A DNA stretch of 64,000 bases, taken from Desulfatiglandales bacterium. GTDB taxonomy: Bacteria; Desulfobacterota; DSM-4660; Desulfatiglandales; Desulfatiglandaceae. Positions 1 to 11,160 of this stretch are shown in pieces. The stretch spans positions 3,040,001 to 3,104,000 of the forward strand of contig OY762721.1 of the NCBI GenBank assembly GCA_963666345.1, given 5' to 3'. The position numbers and the translations under genes were made by a program. The notes beneath the pieces were generated by a model, which was not told the origin of the DNA, did no database searches, and was given only the letters and a program-made list of their open reading frames with translations. Position 1 is the stretch's first letter. Every line of letters starts with the position of its first letter.

Positions 1-1
1 C

Positions 2-526
2 AGGATATATATCCCCGGCTGTGAGCCCGTATCTTTCAAGCGCGTTTCCGCTGTCTCTTTCCAGAAAAGGCAGGGTAACGGCATTTATGTTGTGGGACTC
101 GATAAAGGTCCACCACCCGGGTACTGAGTGGGCATTAGGCCAGAGGCCGGTTGCCAGGCTGGTCAGGGCGGCGGCGGTACTTGAGAGAAAAACGGTTTGA
201 AGTTTACGGGAAAAGGAGCTGCGCATGAGGCAGGATGGGGGGAGTGTTTCAAGCATCTCAAGGCCGAGCGCGTCTATAAGTATGAAGACATATCTTTTTG
301 AGGGACCTATTGTGCGACTCAGCTCCTTTGCCCCCTCCGTAGGGGGTGCCCCGGCCCCTGTGAGCAGGGAAAGGGCAAGGACCAGATCGATGAAATTGAG
401 ACTTTTATGCGAAGGCCTTATAAGTCTTCCCGATCTGAAATGGTCTTCAAGTTCTTTGAGATCCTCAGCGGTGAGAGGGCTCTTCGTATCCGCGGTTAAT
501 CCGGATAATTCACCATTTTTCGGCAT
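2..526 (-). CDS. Alkaline phosphatase / nucleotide pyrophosphatase family protein, N-terminal part (runs off window edge; not in ORF track)
   Basis: Manual translation from ATG at 526 gives ...YVFILIDALG...TVFLSSTAAALTSLATGLWPNAHSVPGW, the phosphodiesterase/AP-superfamily catalytic motifs. Confidence 0.8.
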   Translation of the reverse strand, partial: MPKNGELSGLTADTKSPLTAEDLKELEDHFRSGRLIRPSHKSLNFIDLVLALSLLTGAGAPPTEGAKELSRTIGPSKRYVFILIDALGLEMLETLPPSCLMRSSFSRKLQTVFLSSTAAALTSLATGLWPNAHSVPGWWTFIESHNINAVTLPFLERDSGNALERYGLTAGDIYP

Positions 527-559
527 TTGATTATAAAGACCTCGACTCAAGGAGAAAAT

Positions 560-847
560 CTATTCAGTGGTATTTTGCTCTTTTTCCCTTTGACTTTTTT
601 TCTCAATCTTGCCGCTGATTTTTTCGAGCACTTCAGCAGTATCTCTTACGAGCCTTTCCATCTTTTCGGATGCCTTGCGGGTGCCTGAAAGAGCTCCCTC
701 CTGCATCTGTCTTATCTCTTCATATATCGCCTTCTGGTCCGTGGTACGGTTAAGGGCGAAAAGCGATATTATAAGGGCAATCAGGGCTATTACGAGCGCC
801 AGAGTCGAGGTGGCGCCGCCCCTGTTCGACCGGTTTTCCTGAGACAT
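560..847 (-). CDS. Small hypothetical protein with N-terminal TM helix and coiled-coil tail
   Basis: GGAGG RBS before ATG 847; hydrophobic LALVIALIALIISLFAL. Confidence 0.65.
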   Translation of the reverse strand: MSQENRSNRGGATSTLALVIALIALIISLFALNRTTDQKAIYEEIRQMQEGALSGTRKASEKMERLVRDTAEVLEKISGKIEKKSQREKEQNTTE

Positions 848-1380
848 AAAGGACCTCCCTGTTTTCAATTATTTCTTTGCTTACTATTATACATCTTCCA
901 TAAACGTATGCCAACAGTGAAGCCGGAACCGGCCCGAAATGAGGTCCCCCCTGGTCTATTGGCATTAACAGGTTTGCAATTAGGAAATTAAGAGGAAAAC
1001 CTAAAGAATTTTTCTAGACAGAGCTTCTACCCTTTTGAGGGTCAGGAGCTGCCTGACCTCAATGTGCCCCTCAACCCGGCAAACACAAGAAGGGCGAGCC
1101 CGCCGAATGCAATTCTGACGGCGCCTATCACGGAAGGGGTAGCGCCTTCAGGGGCGAATGCCTGGGGCAGGTCCCTGTGGTGCCCCAGAGTACCGCCGCC
1201 GCTATAATAATGGCATAGCCGTTGTTTTTAGTTGTAAGCATCTTTAATTCAACCTAATATCTATTATTCCCGTTTCGATTTTATCTAAGACCTGGGGAAT
1301 CAGGTCTGAAGTCGAAAAATCAGTATAGGTAACATCCTATTTTGAAAATTGTTTATCAACAAGAACAAAAGGGGCCTAAA

Positions 1381-2265
1381 ATGAACAATACCCAAGATGA
1401 ACTTAAAGGGTGGTTGAAAGAGATAATCGGGGAGTTTATTATGTCGTCGTCTGAAAATACGCTCAAAGACCCCCTGAACGAAAAGGCATGGGACGGTTTC
1501 CTGCTCGGTTTTTCCAGTGGTGACGATCCCCTCTACGATGAGTACAAGGGACATGTGGGTCCTTTTCACTGGACCCCGTCCGAGATATTTTCACTCACCT
1601 ATCCGGACCTGAAATTTAAGGCCGGGGATCTGACTGTAATAAGCTGGATACTTCCTCAAAGGAAGGCGGTAAGGCATGACAACAGAGAAAGCAAGCTCTA
1701 TCCGGCGGAGCGCTGGGTAAGATCACGTATCTTTGGTGAGAAGTTCAATCAAAAATTGAGGGGGCATGTCGCAGCATCCCTTATTGAAAGGGGATATGAG
1801 GCGGTCTCCCCGATGCTGTCTCCTTTTTGGGAGAGAAGGGTTTCCGAAAAGTACGGTTATGCATCAACATGGTCGGAAAGACACGCGGCATATGCATCGG
1901 GCCTCGGAACATTCGGCCTGAGCGACGGTCTTATCACTCCGTTGGGTAAGGCGATGCGGGCCGGTTCCGTGGTGGCGAAAATCAAGATCCCGCCGACTCC
2001 CAGGCCGTACACCGACCACCACGCCTACTGTCTTTTCTTTTCACACGGCATATGCGGCAAATGCATATCCCGCTGTCCGGTAGGGGCCATAACGGAAAAG
2101 GGCCACGATAAGGAAAGCTGCAGGGAACATGTAAAGGTGACTGTGGGGGAGTACGTAAAGTCCATTTACGGATTTGACGGCTATGGGTGCGGTCTTTGCC
2201 AGACAGCCGTCCCCTGCGAAAGCAAAATACCAATGCCCGCTGATGTTGAGAATCAGGCATCATAG
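1381..2265 (+). CDS. Epoxyqueuosine reductase (QueG)-like 4Fe-4S protein
   Basis: WSERHAAYASGLGTFG, CGKCISRCPVGAI, GCGLCQTAVPC motifs. Confidence 0.8.
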   Translation: MNNTQDELKGWLKEIIGEFIMSSSENTLKDPLNEKAWDGFLLGFSSGDDPLYDEYKGHVGPFHWTPSEIFSLTYPDLKFKAGDLTVISWILPQRKAVRHDNRESKLYPAERWVRSRIFGEKFNQKLRGHVAASLIERGYEAVSPMLSPFWERRVSEKYGYASTWSERHAAYASGLGTFGLSDGLITPLGKAMRAGSVVAKIKIPPTPRPYTDHHAYCLFFSHGICGKCISRCPVGAITEKGHDKESCREHVKVTVGEYVKSIYGFDGYGCGLCQTAVPCESKIPMPADVENQAS

Positions 2266-2417
2266 GACCCGCCGTTCTATAGCCCTTTTATCCAGATATG
2301 GAAGACCAGTGATTTTCACCCGGCAGTGCGGTTTTTGTATCCATGCTTTACGATTCCGTGTATGATTCAGCCCGCCCGTTTTATGAGATCTTCCGTCAAT
2401 TGCCTGCCTCAGGATTT

Positions 2418-5400
2418 TTACGATTGTGCCTCAAGTCCAGGTGCGGCAGGTTCTGCTCCCGTGGCCAGTTTTCTTATATCGGTAATAATCATATAAAGCG
2501 AAGGCACAAGAATCAGTGTGATAACCGTGGCAAAGACAATGCCGAAGCCTAGCGATATGGCCATGGGAATGAGGAATTTGGCCTGTCTGGATGTCTCGAA
2601 TATCATGGGTGAAAGCCCGCCGAAGGTGGTAAGGGTGGTGAGCATGATAGGTCTGAATCGTTGAATCCCCGCGTCATGAATCGCTTCGAGACTCCCGGCT
2701 CCGGCCCGTCTTTTTCTGTTAGCAAAATCAATCATGACAAGAGAGTCGTTTATAACCACGCCGGATAAGGCGACTACGCCGAACATGCTCATAACGCTCA
2801 GGCTGTATCCCATCAAAAGATGCCCCAGTACAGCTCCGACAATACCGAAAGGCACACAGGCCATCACTATTATCGGCTGGATATAACTGTTAAAAGGGAT
2901 TGCCAGCATGGCGTAAATGGCGATAAGGGCCATAAGAAGCCCGTATATCAGGCTTTCCATGCTTTCACTCATGTCGGCCTGGCGGCCCTCGAAGCTGTAT
3001 GACAGCCCGGGATAATTTTCCTGCAGTTCAGGAAGAATGTCGATCTTGAGGGATTTTAAAATTTCTCCCGCCTTGCTCCTGGGCCGTACATCGGCCTGGA
3101 CCGAAACCACCCTCTGGGCGTTTCTCCTGTCAATGCTGGTGTATGCCCTTCCCCTGCTGAAGGTAACCGCCTGTCGAAGCGGGATCTCTTTTTCCGAAGG
3201 GGTTCTCAGTATCATTTCTTCCAGGTTATACTCGGAGAGCCTCTCATCAAGGGGGAGCCGCACCATGACCTTTACCTCGTTTTTGCCCCTGAGTTGTCTC
3301 AACGCCTCTGATCCGTAGTATGAACTTCGAATCTGTCTGGCTATTTCCCTTGAGTTCAACCCCAGACTGCGTGCTTCAGGTTTTACCTGAAAGTCGATCT
3401 GCTGTTTTCCGGGGGTAAATCCGTCGGCAATATCAGATACCCTCGGAAAATAGGACAAGGAATCGGCAAGTTCAGCGCTTGCCTTTTTTAATACTTCCAG
3501 GTCATTGTGTCGCAACTCAAGGGTTATAGCGGAACCCCTGCCGGGGCCGCCCACGTCGGATTCGAATTTTATCGATTCAATTCCGATGGGAGTGCCTGAG
3601 GCATTTCTCCACCGTTCTGTAAACTCGGCGGTTGAAACCGGTCTTATATCGGGATCCGTCAAATAGACCCTGACCTGGCTGTGGTTTTCGTCAATCCAGG
3701 CAAATATCCCCTTTACCAGTTTGTCGCCGCCGTTTTTCCCCGTAATCTCTTTGGCGGCGTTTACTACCTCTTGCTGGATGTCAAGGGTCTTTTGGACCGC
3801 GGTTCCATAGGGAAGGACTATCGTGGCCTGGGAGAAATCCGATTCAACCTTCGGATAGAGCTCAAACCCCATCCTGCCGCTTTGTATATAACCGATCGTA
3901 AGGATAAGAATCGCGATACCCAGAAAGAGGGTGATGTATCGATTTCTCAACACGAATCTGAGAAACGGGCCATACCTCATCCTTATGAATCTGGAAAAAT
4001 GGGTGCTGAAACCGTTTTGAATCCTTTGTATCCATCCCAGAAGCCCTTCTGATTTTTTTTCTTTCTGATGGCCGAGGTGGGCGGGAAGTATAAACAGACT
4101 TTCGATCAAAGATACGGCAAATACGCTTATGACCACGAATGGTATGTTTTTGAATATCTTGCCCATGACACCGGGGATAAAAAGCATCGGCATAAAGGCT
4201 ACCATGTTCGTCAGGACGCTGAAGGTCACGGGCATGGCAATCTCCCTGGCACCCTGGATCGCCGATTTAATCCAGGGGACACCCTTCTGACGATAATGGT
4301 ATATGTTTTCGCCGGCTACAATTGCATCATCAACCACGATTCCGAGTGCGATAATGAAGGCGAACATGGTAATCATGTTGATGCTGGCCCCGAGCGGGGA
4401 AAGGATAAGAAGAGAGCCGAGAAACGAGACGGGGATTCCAAGGCTGACCCAGAAGGCAAGGCGCATCTCAAGAAAAACGGCGAGCAGGATGAATACAAGA
4501 CCCAGTCCGATAAAACCGTTTCTTACCATAAGGTTCAGGCGCTGTCTGTAGTGGTCGGACCTGTCCCGTATTATGTCTATGGACAGGCCGGGGGCCAGAT
4601 TCTGCCTTATGGATGTCAAACGGTCTCTTGCCGCGTCCGAGACCGTGATCGGCGTCTGATCCCCTATCCTGTAAACCTCGAGCATAATGCAGGGCTTGCC
4701 GTTAAAGGTTGCGAAGTTGTCGGTCTCCTTGAAGTCGTCTTTTATCCCGGCGATATCTTCAAGCAGTACCTGGGTGCCGTCATTTGATGTTATTACGGGA
4801 ATTTTCGCGAATTCTTGTCCGTAGTACCGGCGCTCTTTCATTCGCACCAGGACGTCGCCCCCGCCCGCTTTTATGGCTCCGCCCGGAAGTTCTACAGAGG
4901 CGGTGGCTATCCTGCCGGCCACCTCGTCAAGGGTGAGATTATAGGTGCGAAGAGTCTCCTGGGGGATTTCGATACTTATTTCAAAATCGCGTACCCCTGA
5001 AAGATCAATCTGGGTGATTTCAGGGTCGGAAAGGAGTGTGTCCCGAATCTGTTCCGCCGTCTGCCTTAGTACCCAGTCGCTCTGCTCACCGTAGAGCGCA
5101 AGGGAGAGAACCGCCCTTTTCCTTCCCGCGATTGCAACGGTGGGTTTTTCAGCCTCATCCGGAAAGGAGGTTATCCTGTCCACCTCATTTTTGATGTCCT
5201 GGGCGAATCGATTAAGGTCCCCTCCCTCGATCATCTCGATACTGATATCGCCCGATCCCTCATACGCCTTGGAAGTTATTTCCTTTACTCCTTCAAGCCC
5301 CTCAACCGCCTCTTCCACCGCGAGTATTACGGCCCTTTCGACCTCCTCCGGGCTGGCCCCCGGGTATGCCACGCTTACATTGACTATATCAAGCTCAAAT

Positions 5401-5549
5401 TCCGGGAAAAGCTCCTGCTTGATCTTGCTTCCCCACAGAAAACCGCCTACGAGCAGGACTACCATCAAAAGGTTGGCGGTGACGGCATGCCTTGCCATCC
5501 ATGCTATGGGGCCCTTGCCGTTTTTATTTTCCGCCGGGCTGCTAATCAT
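2418..5549 (-). CDS. RND efflux permease (AcrB/AcrD/AcrF family)
   Basis: 1043 aa; GIVVDDAIV, RFRPIMLTTLTT. Confidence 0.95.
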   Translation of the reverse strand: MISSPAENKNGKGPIAWMARHAVTANLLMVVLLVGGFLWGSKIKQELFPEFELDIVNVSVAYPGASPEEVERAVILAVEEAVEGLEGVKEITSKAYEGSGDISIEMIEGGDLNRFAQDIKNEVDRITSFPDEAEKPTVAIAGRKRAVLSLALYGEQSDWVLRQTAEQIRDTLLSDPEITQIDLSGVRDFEISIEIPQETLRTYNLTLDEVAGRIATASVELPGGAIKAGGGDVLVRMKERRYYGQEFAKIPVITSNDGTQVLLEDIAGIKDDFKETDNFATFNGKPCIMLEVYRIGDQTPITVSDAARDRLTSIRQNLAPGLSIDIIRDRSDHYRQRLNLMVRNGFIGLGLVFILLAVFLEMRLAFWVSLGIPVSFLGSLLILSPLGASINMITMFAFIIALGIVVDDAIVAGENIYHYRQKGVPWIKSAIQGAREIAMPVTFSVLTNMVAFMPMLFIPGVMGKIFKNIPFVVISVFAVSLIESLFILPAHLGHQKEKKSEGLLGWIQRIQNGFSTHFSRFIRMRYGPFLRFVLRNRYITLFLGIAILILTIGYIQSGRMGFELYPKVESDFSQATIVLPYGTAVQKTLDIQQEVVNAAKEITGKNGGDKLVKGIFAWIDENHSQVRVYLTDPDIRPVSTAEFTERWRNASGTPIGIESIKFESDVGGPGRGSAITLELRHNDLEVLKKASAELADSLSYFPRVSDIADGFTPGKQQIDFQVKPEARSLGLNSREIARQIRSSYYGSEALRQLRGKNEVKVMVRLPLDERLSEYNLEEMILRTPSEKEIPLRQAVTFSRGRAYTSIDRRNAQRVVSVQADVRPRSKAGEILKSLKIDILPELQENYPGLSYSFEGRQADMSESMESLIYGLLMALIAIYAMLAIPFNSYIQPIIVMACVPFGIVGAVLGHLLMGYSLSVMSMFGVVALSGVVINDSLVMIDFANRKRRAGAGSLEAIHDAGIQRFRPIMLTTLTTFGGLSPMIFETSRQAKFLIPMAISLGFGIVFATVITLILVPSLYMIITDIRKLATGAEPAAPGLEAQS

Positions 5550-6795
5550 CGGCCTCAGCCCCCTGTTTTCCGGTATATGTTTCCTTCACCCTTATGGGCA
5601 TTCCCTCTACAGGTGCCGGGAGATCCGATGTGATAATCCGGTCGCCGGGTGAAAGCCCTTTTCGAACAATTACGACCTGCGCGTCTCTCCAGGGCGTTTC
5701 CACCTTTTGGATATGAAGGCTGTCATTTTTTTCCAATACCCACACATGGGTGTCGTCCCTGAGTGCCGTTCTGGGGATTGAATAGACATTTTCGAGTTTG
5801 TCTCCATCGATTTCAACCCGCACATACTCACCGATAAGCATCCGGGGCTTGTGCCTGTGCTGTTTCTTCAGCCCCAGCGGGTCCTTGACTGAAATCAGAA
5901 CCCGGGCCATGCGTCCCTCGCTTTCCAGATCGCTCAGAAGCCTGATGACGCTACCTTCCCGTACTGTGCCCCCCCTGTAATAAATTTTTGCCTTTGACCC
6001 GGAGTCGCTGGAATCCTTTGGTATGGATATCCACCTGAGACGGTCCACGGGTATTGACACCTCGACCCGGTATTCATCTGTACCGATCAATTCGGCGAGT
6101 TGATCCTGCGTGGTTATCTGGGAGCCCAGTTCAATGTCTTTTGAGCGGACAATCGAATTAAAGGGTATTCTCACACCTGTCCTGGAAAGGTTGACGTTTG
6201 CCTGTTTCAGGTTGGCCTCGGCTGCTTTAAGGCCTGCCTTCGCTTTTTCAAGATGTGGTCTTCTAAGGGCCAGTTCGGCATCCGTTTCCTTTGCATTTTG
6301 TCCGTCGTTCAACAGTTCCCATTCCCTTTTCGCGACATCCTGGTGACCCAGTTCCAATTTGAGGGAATACCTGGCTTCGGAGACCTGCGACTCCTTCTGG
6401 ATGATGTCGAGTTTGTAATCTACAGGGTCAATCCGGATTATTTCCTCTCCGGTCCTAAAGAGCCCCCCCTCCATGAATTCGGGATGTGTCCATGTGATCT
6501 GGCCTGACACCCTTGACTTGAGAGTCATATGGCGTGCGGGCACAACCGAACCCATTACAGGTACAAGGACCTTATGCGGTCCCGGATTCACCTGTCTGAC
6601 CTCTACGAGCGGTATCATCTTTTTGGGGGGTCTCTTCTTTGCCTTTGGCGCCGTGTTCTTGAAATATGTGGCGCCTGCGATACCCCCGGCAAGTAATATC
6701 ATGCAGATAACCGCCCTGATCAGGATTGACAGAGTTCTTTTTTTAGAAGAGCGTTTTTCTGATTTTTCAGGGGTTTGTGTGTTTTTCTTTTCCAT
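5542..6795 (-). CDS. RND periplasmic adaptor (membrane fusion protein)
   Basis: N-terminal TM, KSRVSGQI / IPFNSIV lipoyl halves; overlaps permease start. Confidence 0.92.
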   Translation of the reverse strand: MEKKNTQTPEKSEKRSSKKRTLSILIRAVICMILLAGGIAGATYFKNTAPKAKKRPPKKMIPLVEVRQVNPGPHKVLVPVMGSVVPARHMTLKSRVSGQITWTHPEFMEGGLFRTGEEIIRIDPVDYKLDIIQKESQVSEARYSLKLELGHQDVAKREWELLNDGQNAKETDAELALRRPHLEKAKAGLKAAEANLKQANVNLSRTGVRIPFNSIVRSKDIELGSQITTQDQLAELIGTDEYRVEVSIPVDRLRWISIPKDSSDSGSKAKIYYRGGTVREGSVIRLLSDLESEGRMARVLISVKDPLGLKKQHRHKPRMLIGEYVRVEIDGDKLENVYSIPRTALRDDTHVWVLEKNDSLHIQKVETPWRDAQVVIVRKGLSPGDRIITSDLPAPVEGMPIRVKETYTGKQGAEADD

Positions 6796-6819
6796 TTTTC
6801 TTTTATCCGGTTTTTCTTG

Positions 6820-8220
6820 TTAGGATATGTTTTGCTCTATCTCCCTCATCCATGTCCCACCCAGCGCCCTGTGAAGACTTATCCGGTCCAGTAGGAGTTG
6901 AGTCTTCTTCTGGATAAGGTCGATCTCCAGATTTTGAACCGTCAGGAGCTGGGTCAGTACGGGCAGATATTCATTGAGCCCCTTTCTGTAACGTTCCCTC
7001 GCTTCGGTTAGGGCGCTTTTGGCTGCCTCTGTCTCCCTTTGAAGCGCCTCTATGTGTTCTTTTTGTTTTGACTCGCTTATGAGTGCGTCTTCAACCTCTT
7101 TTATGGCCGTAAGAACAGTCGAGCGGTAGGCTGCGAGGTTCTCATCCGCCAGTGCCTTTTGGCGGTCCACCTCCGCTTTCCTTCTGTTTCCGTCCAAAAC
7201 AGGCGCAATCAGATTGCTCGCAAGGCCTATTATCCAGTTGTCCAGCAGAAGGTCGAGGCTTTGTGAGCTCAATTTTAAAGATGCCGTAAGATCAATGCTG
7301 GGAAGGCGGTCGGCCCTTGCCGCGGCAACCTTCCAGTCGAGCGCCTTAAGCCTCAGACCCGCGGCGCGGATGTCCGGTCTGTTTGAAAGGACATCGGCGG
7401 GTATCCCGGTAGGGGGAAGCTCCTGCAGGGTCGGAAGATCGTGACGATTGATTCCCATATCGGCATCGGGTGCCTTCCCGAGCAGGAGGGCCAGCTTGTG
7501 AATCAAAATCTTTTCCTGCGCCTCAACAAGAGGAATCTGGGCCTTGACCTTTTCCACCACCTGCTTTTGCTGGTATATGTCAAGGGCCGAGACCATTGCA
7601 TTTCTGAACCTGAGTTGTACCAGTTCAAGATAGGTCATGTTCGTTTTTAACTGGTCCTTGAGGAGCCGGTTCTGCATTCGCCGGGAGATGATGTTTATCC
7701 ACTGTTCGGTCACCTCGGCTGCGAGGGTCATTGCTACCGTGTTAAAATCCTCACGGCTCGCGGATGCCTGCAGTATGGCCGCCTCCTGCTCCGATCTTAT
7801 CTTGCCCCACAGATCGAGTTCGTAACTGCTCACAAGGCCGAGTGAATATTCCTTGACCGTTTGCCTTGAAACGGTTGCGCTTTCCCTCTTTTGTCTGGCA
7901 TGAGAAGTGCCGGCATTTCCGGTGAGGCTCGGAACAAGCGCGGAGCCGGCCTGTACGGCAAGGGCCTTTGACTGCATGAGCCTTGCCCAGGACTCTTTTA
8001 GAGACAGGTTTCCCGCAAGTGATGCCTCTATAAGATGGTCAAGCTCTTTGTCATTGAAGCTTTTCCACCACTTTTCGGGTTGAAGAGGTCCCTGGCCGTA
8101 TAATGAGAATGTCCCTGGCAGGGTCCCCTCAGGGGCGTGTCTTTTTTCGGCCTCAAAATGAGAGCATGAGGCGGTAATGAATATGGTGACTATTAATGTC
8201 AGGAGTCTTTTGGCATTCAT
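6820..8220 (-). CDS. Outer-membrane efflux lipoprotein (NodT/OprM family)
   Basis: Lipobox TASC, KWWKSFND, SYELDLWGK, RPDIRAA, ALGGTW. Confidence 0.92.
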   Translation of the reverse strand: MNAKRLLTLIVTIFITASCSHFEAEKRHAPEGTLPGTFSLYGQGPLQPEKWWKSFNDKELDHLIEASLAGNLSLKESWARLMQSKALAVQAGSALVPSLTGNAGTSHARQKRESATVSRQTVKEYSLGLVSSYELDLWGKIRSEQEAAILQASASREDFNTVAMTLAAEVTEQWINIISRRMQNRLLKDQLKTNMTYLELVQLRFRNAMVSALDIYQQKQVVEKVKAQIPLVEAQEKILIHKLALLLGKAPDADMGINRHDLPTLQELPPTGIPADVLSNRPDIRAAGLRLKALDWKVAAARADRLPSIDLTASLKLSSQSLDLLLDNWIIGLASNLIAPVLDGNRRKAEVDRQKALADENLAAYRSTVLTAIKEVEDALISESKQKEHIEALQRETEAAKSALTEARERYRKGLNEYLPVLTQLLTVQNLEIDLIQKKTQLLLDRISLHRALGGTWMREIEQNIS

Positions 8221-8717
8221 AAGCTTGAATTTATTTAATGGTAAAAATACTTGCGGGTTTCCGTCTTTCAGGTGAAAATTGAAAATCATTCATTATAGGC
8301 ACTGTAAAATTAACGTAAAAAGACATAGCCGCTGTTCAGGCCTTTTCAGATAAGGCCCGGTCCTTGACAATAACCGAATGTGCAGCATTAATTATGCCAA
8401 AAACCGGTAAAGCAATAACTACACAAAATACAACAATTTGAAAAGAAAATATAGTGAAGGCGAAAATCGGGTAGTGTAGAGAGGCAGGAAAGATTCGTCG
8501 GTTTTAAAAACATCTTTCGACACTTATGTCGAAAAGCATGGGCCTTTATCTTTGCCGACTCGGTCGGATTCCGGAGTCTTCTTCAGATAAGGTACTCCCC
8601 CCAAATGTTGATCCGTGAGTACGCCGGTCAAGAATATAGACCTATGAGATTGACTTTGAAACGTTTTTTTGCTTTTAATCCAGTGTGTAAGCATCCCTTT
8701 TATTATTGAGGCCAAAG

Positions 8718-9815
8718 ATGAAACAGATCCTTCGAAACTGGATGGAAAGATATTTTTACGACCCCCAGGTGTTTATACTGATATTTCTGCTGATCCTCGG
8801 GTTTGTAATTATTTTCTGGGTGGGCGATCTTCTGATCCCGGTGTTTGCGGGAGGTGTGATCGCGTATCTTCTGGACGGAATGGTCGTCAGGCTCAATAAA
8901 TGGCACGTCCCCCGGAACATATCAGTACTTGTTGTCTTTGTAATCTTCATGATTGTTCTTATTATCATGATGATGGGCCTTTTTCCTTTGATTTCCAGCC
9001 AGATAGGTCAGCTCCTGCATGAACTGCCTGTAATGGTCGAATCGGCAAGGAGCGAGTTAATGCTTCTGCCTGAACGCTACCCGGAACTGGTTTCAGCAAG
9101 TCAGGTGGAAGGATTCATAGGCTTTATCAGTTCAGAGCTTACAAGGCTGGGCCAGCATATATTTTCAATTTCAGTTGCATCCGTTAAGGGTTTTATTTCA
9201 ATCCTGGTATACCTTGTCCTCGTTCCTCTTCTGGTATTCTTTTTTCTCAAGGACAAGTTCAAGATCCTTCAGTGGATAAAATCGCAGCTTCCGGAACATC
9301 GCGGACTGGCAAAGGAGGTGTGGCACGAGCTGAACGACCAGATCGGAAATTATATCAGGGGAAAGATATGGGAGATCATAATCATATGGACGGCCAGTTA
9401 CATTACATTTTCTTTCCTGAATCTGGAGTTTTCCATGCTCCTGTCGTTTTTCGTAGGTCTTTCGGTCCTTGTACCTTACATAGGGGTGACGGTCATGTTC
9501 CTGCCGGTGGCCCTTATGGCCTTTTTTCAGTTCGGGCTGAGTGCGGAAGCCTTCTATATCGTACTTGCCTACACGATAATACAGCTCCTGGACGGTAATC
9601 TTCTGTCCCCCCTGCTTCTTTCCGAGGTAGTGAATATCCACCCCGTGGCAATTATTGTCGCCGTGCTCATCTTTGGAGGTATCTGGGGCCTCTGGGGCCT
9701 TTTCTTCGCCATACCCCTGGCAACCCTGGTCCATGCGGTCATAAGGGCATGGTCGTCCAAGCATGGCCGCAAAGAGACTGTTCCGGATCAGGGAAACGGA
9801 GGGAGTCCCGAATAG
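8718..9815 (+). CDS. AI-2E family transporter (PerM-like)
   Basis: Polytopic membrane protein; IQLLDGNLLSP, IHPVAII, GLFFAIPLA. Confidence 0.9.
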   Translation: MKQILRNWMERYFYDPQVFILIFLLILGFVIIFWVGDLLIPVFAGGVIAYLLDGMVVRLNKWHVPRNISVLVVFVIFMIVLIIMMMGLFPLISSQIGQLLHELPVMVESARSELMLLPERYPELVSASQVEGFIGFISSELTRLGQHIFSISVASVKGFISILVYLVLVPLLVFFFLKDKFKILQWIKSQLPEHRGLAKEVWHELNDQIGNYIRGKIWEIIIIWTASYITFSFLNLEFSMLLSFFVGLSVLVPYIGVTVMFLPVALMAFFQFGLSAEAFYIVLAYTIIQLLDGNLLSPLLLSEVVNIHPVAIIVAVLIFGGIWGLWGLFFAIPLATLVHAVIRAWSSKHGRKETVPDQGNGGSPE

Positions 9816-9821
9816 GCTGCA

Positions 9822-10394
9822 TTACTTTTCCGATTCCGTTATAACCATGGAATTGTCTTCCCATTCTCCCTCTTCCGTGGTTCCGTCGGGGTAGGTCTTT
9901 GTGCCGAATCCATTTATCTTTCCGTCGTTGAAATCCCCTGTATAAGTCCATGATCCGGCATTAACAAGCCTTCCGCGGCCTTGAAATTTGTCATTTACCC
10001 ATTGCCCCTCATATATCGAACCGTCCGGAAATCTCCTGATGCCGGAACCGTTCAGTTTGCCCTGGCTGAACTCACCCTCATCTATGATTTCGCTTTGGGA
10101 AAAGGTCTTTTTCCCCCTCCCGCTTATTTCTCCGTCCCTGAATTCACCTTCATAGGTCCATCCTTCAGGTGAGGTATAGACGCCGTTTCCGGTCATCCGC
10201 CCGTTTTCAAAATTCCCCTCATACGCACCTCCTTCAGCGAATTTTTTGATCCCATGTCCATGCATTATGTCTTCCCTGAATTCCCCTTTGTAGACAGTGC
10301 CGTGAGGGTCTGTGAGGGTGCCGAAGCCATTCATCTTTCCATCCTTTATGTCTCCCTTATAAAATCTGCCGTCAATAAATACCTTCTCCGCCAT
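9822..10394 (-). CDS. MORN-repeat protein
   Basis: Repeated YxGx(F/W)xxGxxxGxG units. Confidence 0.9.
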   Translation of the reverse strand: MAEKVFIDGRFYKGDIKDGKMNGFGTLTDPHGTVYKGEFREDIMHGHGIKKFAEGGAYEGNFENGRMTGNGVYTSPEGWTYEGEFRDGEISGRGKKTFSQSEIIDEGEFSQGKLNGSGIRRFPDGSIYEGQWVNDKFQGRGRLVNAGSWTYTGDFNDGKINGFGTKTYPDGTTEEGEWEDNSMVITESEK

Positions 10395-10703
10395 ACGGTA
10401 ACCTCCTGTAAAAAATTTTATCGAAACCGGTTTAAATAATCAGTCATTTTCACTGCTGAAATGAAGTCTTTCAAGAAAATTTTTCAACCTGATTTTGAAT
10501 ATTTGACAAAAGTTCGGCAATAAAATAAGATAAAGGTGAATTAGCATGTATTTTCTGCTAGTTAGTGCTCATTCGGAAACAGCTGTTTCCGGATGGAAAC
10601 CGGTTAAATTACAAATACTGCCTTATTCCTTTTTTTTTGAGGGGATCATTATCAGCCCCATTTCTCCGGGTGAGACTTGGGGTTTTTTTGAGGAGGTTCA
10701 GTA

Positions 10704-11105
10704 ATGAAAATCTGCCCATCCTGCGGTGAACCTGTAAATGAAACGGAAACGGTCTGCAGTGCTTGCGGACAACCGGTCGAAGGGGAGGGGGCGGTTGAGG
10801 AACTGGTAAAATACCGATCCGCCATGATAACGGGACTTGTTATAGAATATCTGGCTGAAGGGGCGATCTATCTCCAGAAGTCGGGGGTGTTTGATTACAC
10901 CCTTATCACCCAGCTGGGCACGCTTGCCTTTTACGCGGGCTTTTTAATGATACTGGTATTTACCTTCAAACTGACCAGACTGATGGGACTCAGCCTTGTC
11001 CTTTGCATTGTCGTGTCAATTCTAAACTGTTTCCTCCTTATAAATATCGGAATAACAATATATCTCAACGTCCTGTTCAAACGAATGGTAGGACTAAAAG
11101 TTTGA
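10704..11105 (+). CDS. Zinc-ribbon membrane protein
   Basis: CPSCG...CSACG then 3 TM segments; GAGGAGG RBS. Confidence 0.75.
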   Translation: MKICPSCGEPVNETETVCSACGQPVEGEGAVEELVKYRSAMITGLVIEYLAEGAIYLQKSGVFDYTLITQLGTLAFYAGFLMILVFTFKLTRLMGLSLVLCIVVSILNCFLLINIGITIYLNVLFKRMVGLKV

Positions 11106-11160
11106 AATTATTTGATACCGGTTGCAGGACCGGATCTCCTTTTTTCCGGAAGGTATCTAC

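Noticed and set aside
225..530. Plus-strand 101-aa ORF and the many other antisense ORFs overlapping clear genes
   Set aside because: Shadows of well-supported genes on the opposite strand with no recognisable motifs
1078..1110. c-di-GMP-I riboswitch (GGCAAAC)
   Set aside because: Following GNRA stem and GCAAAG segment not found
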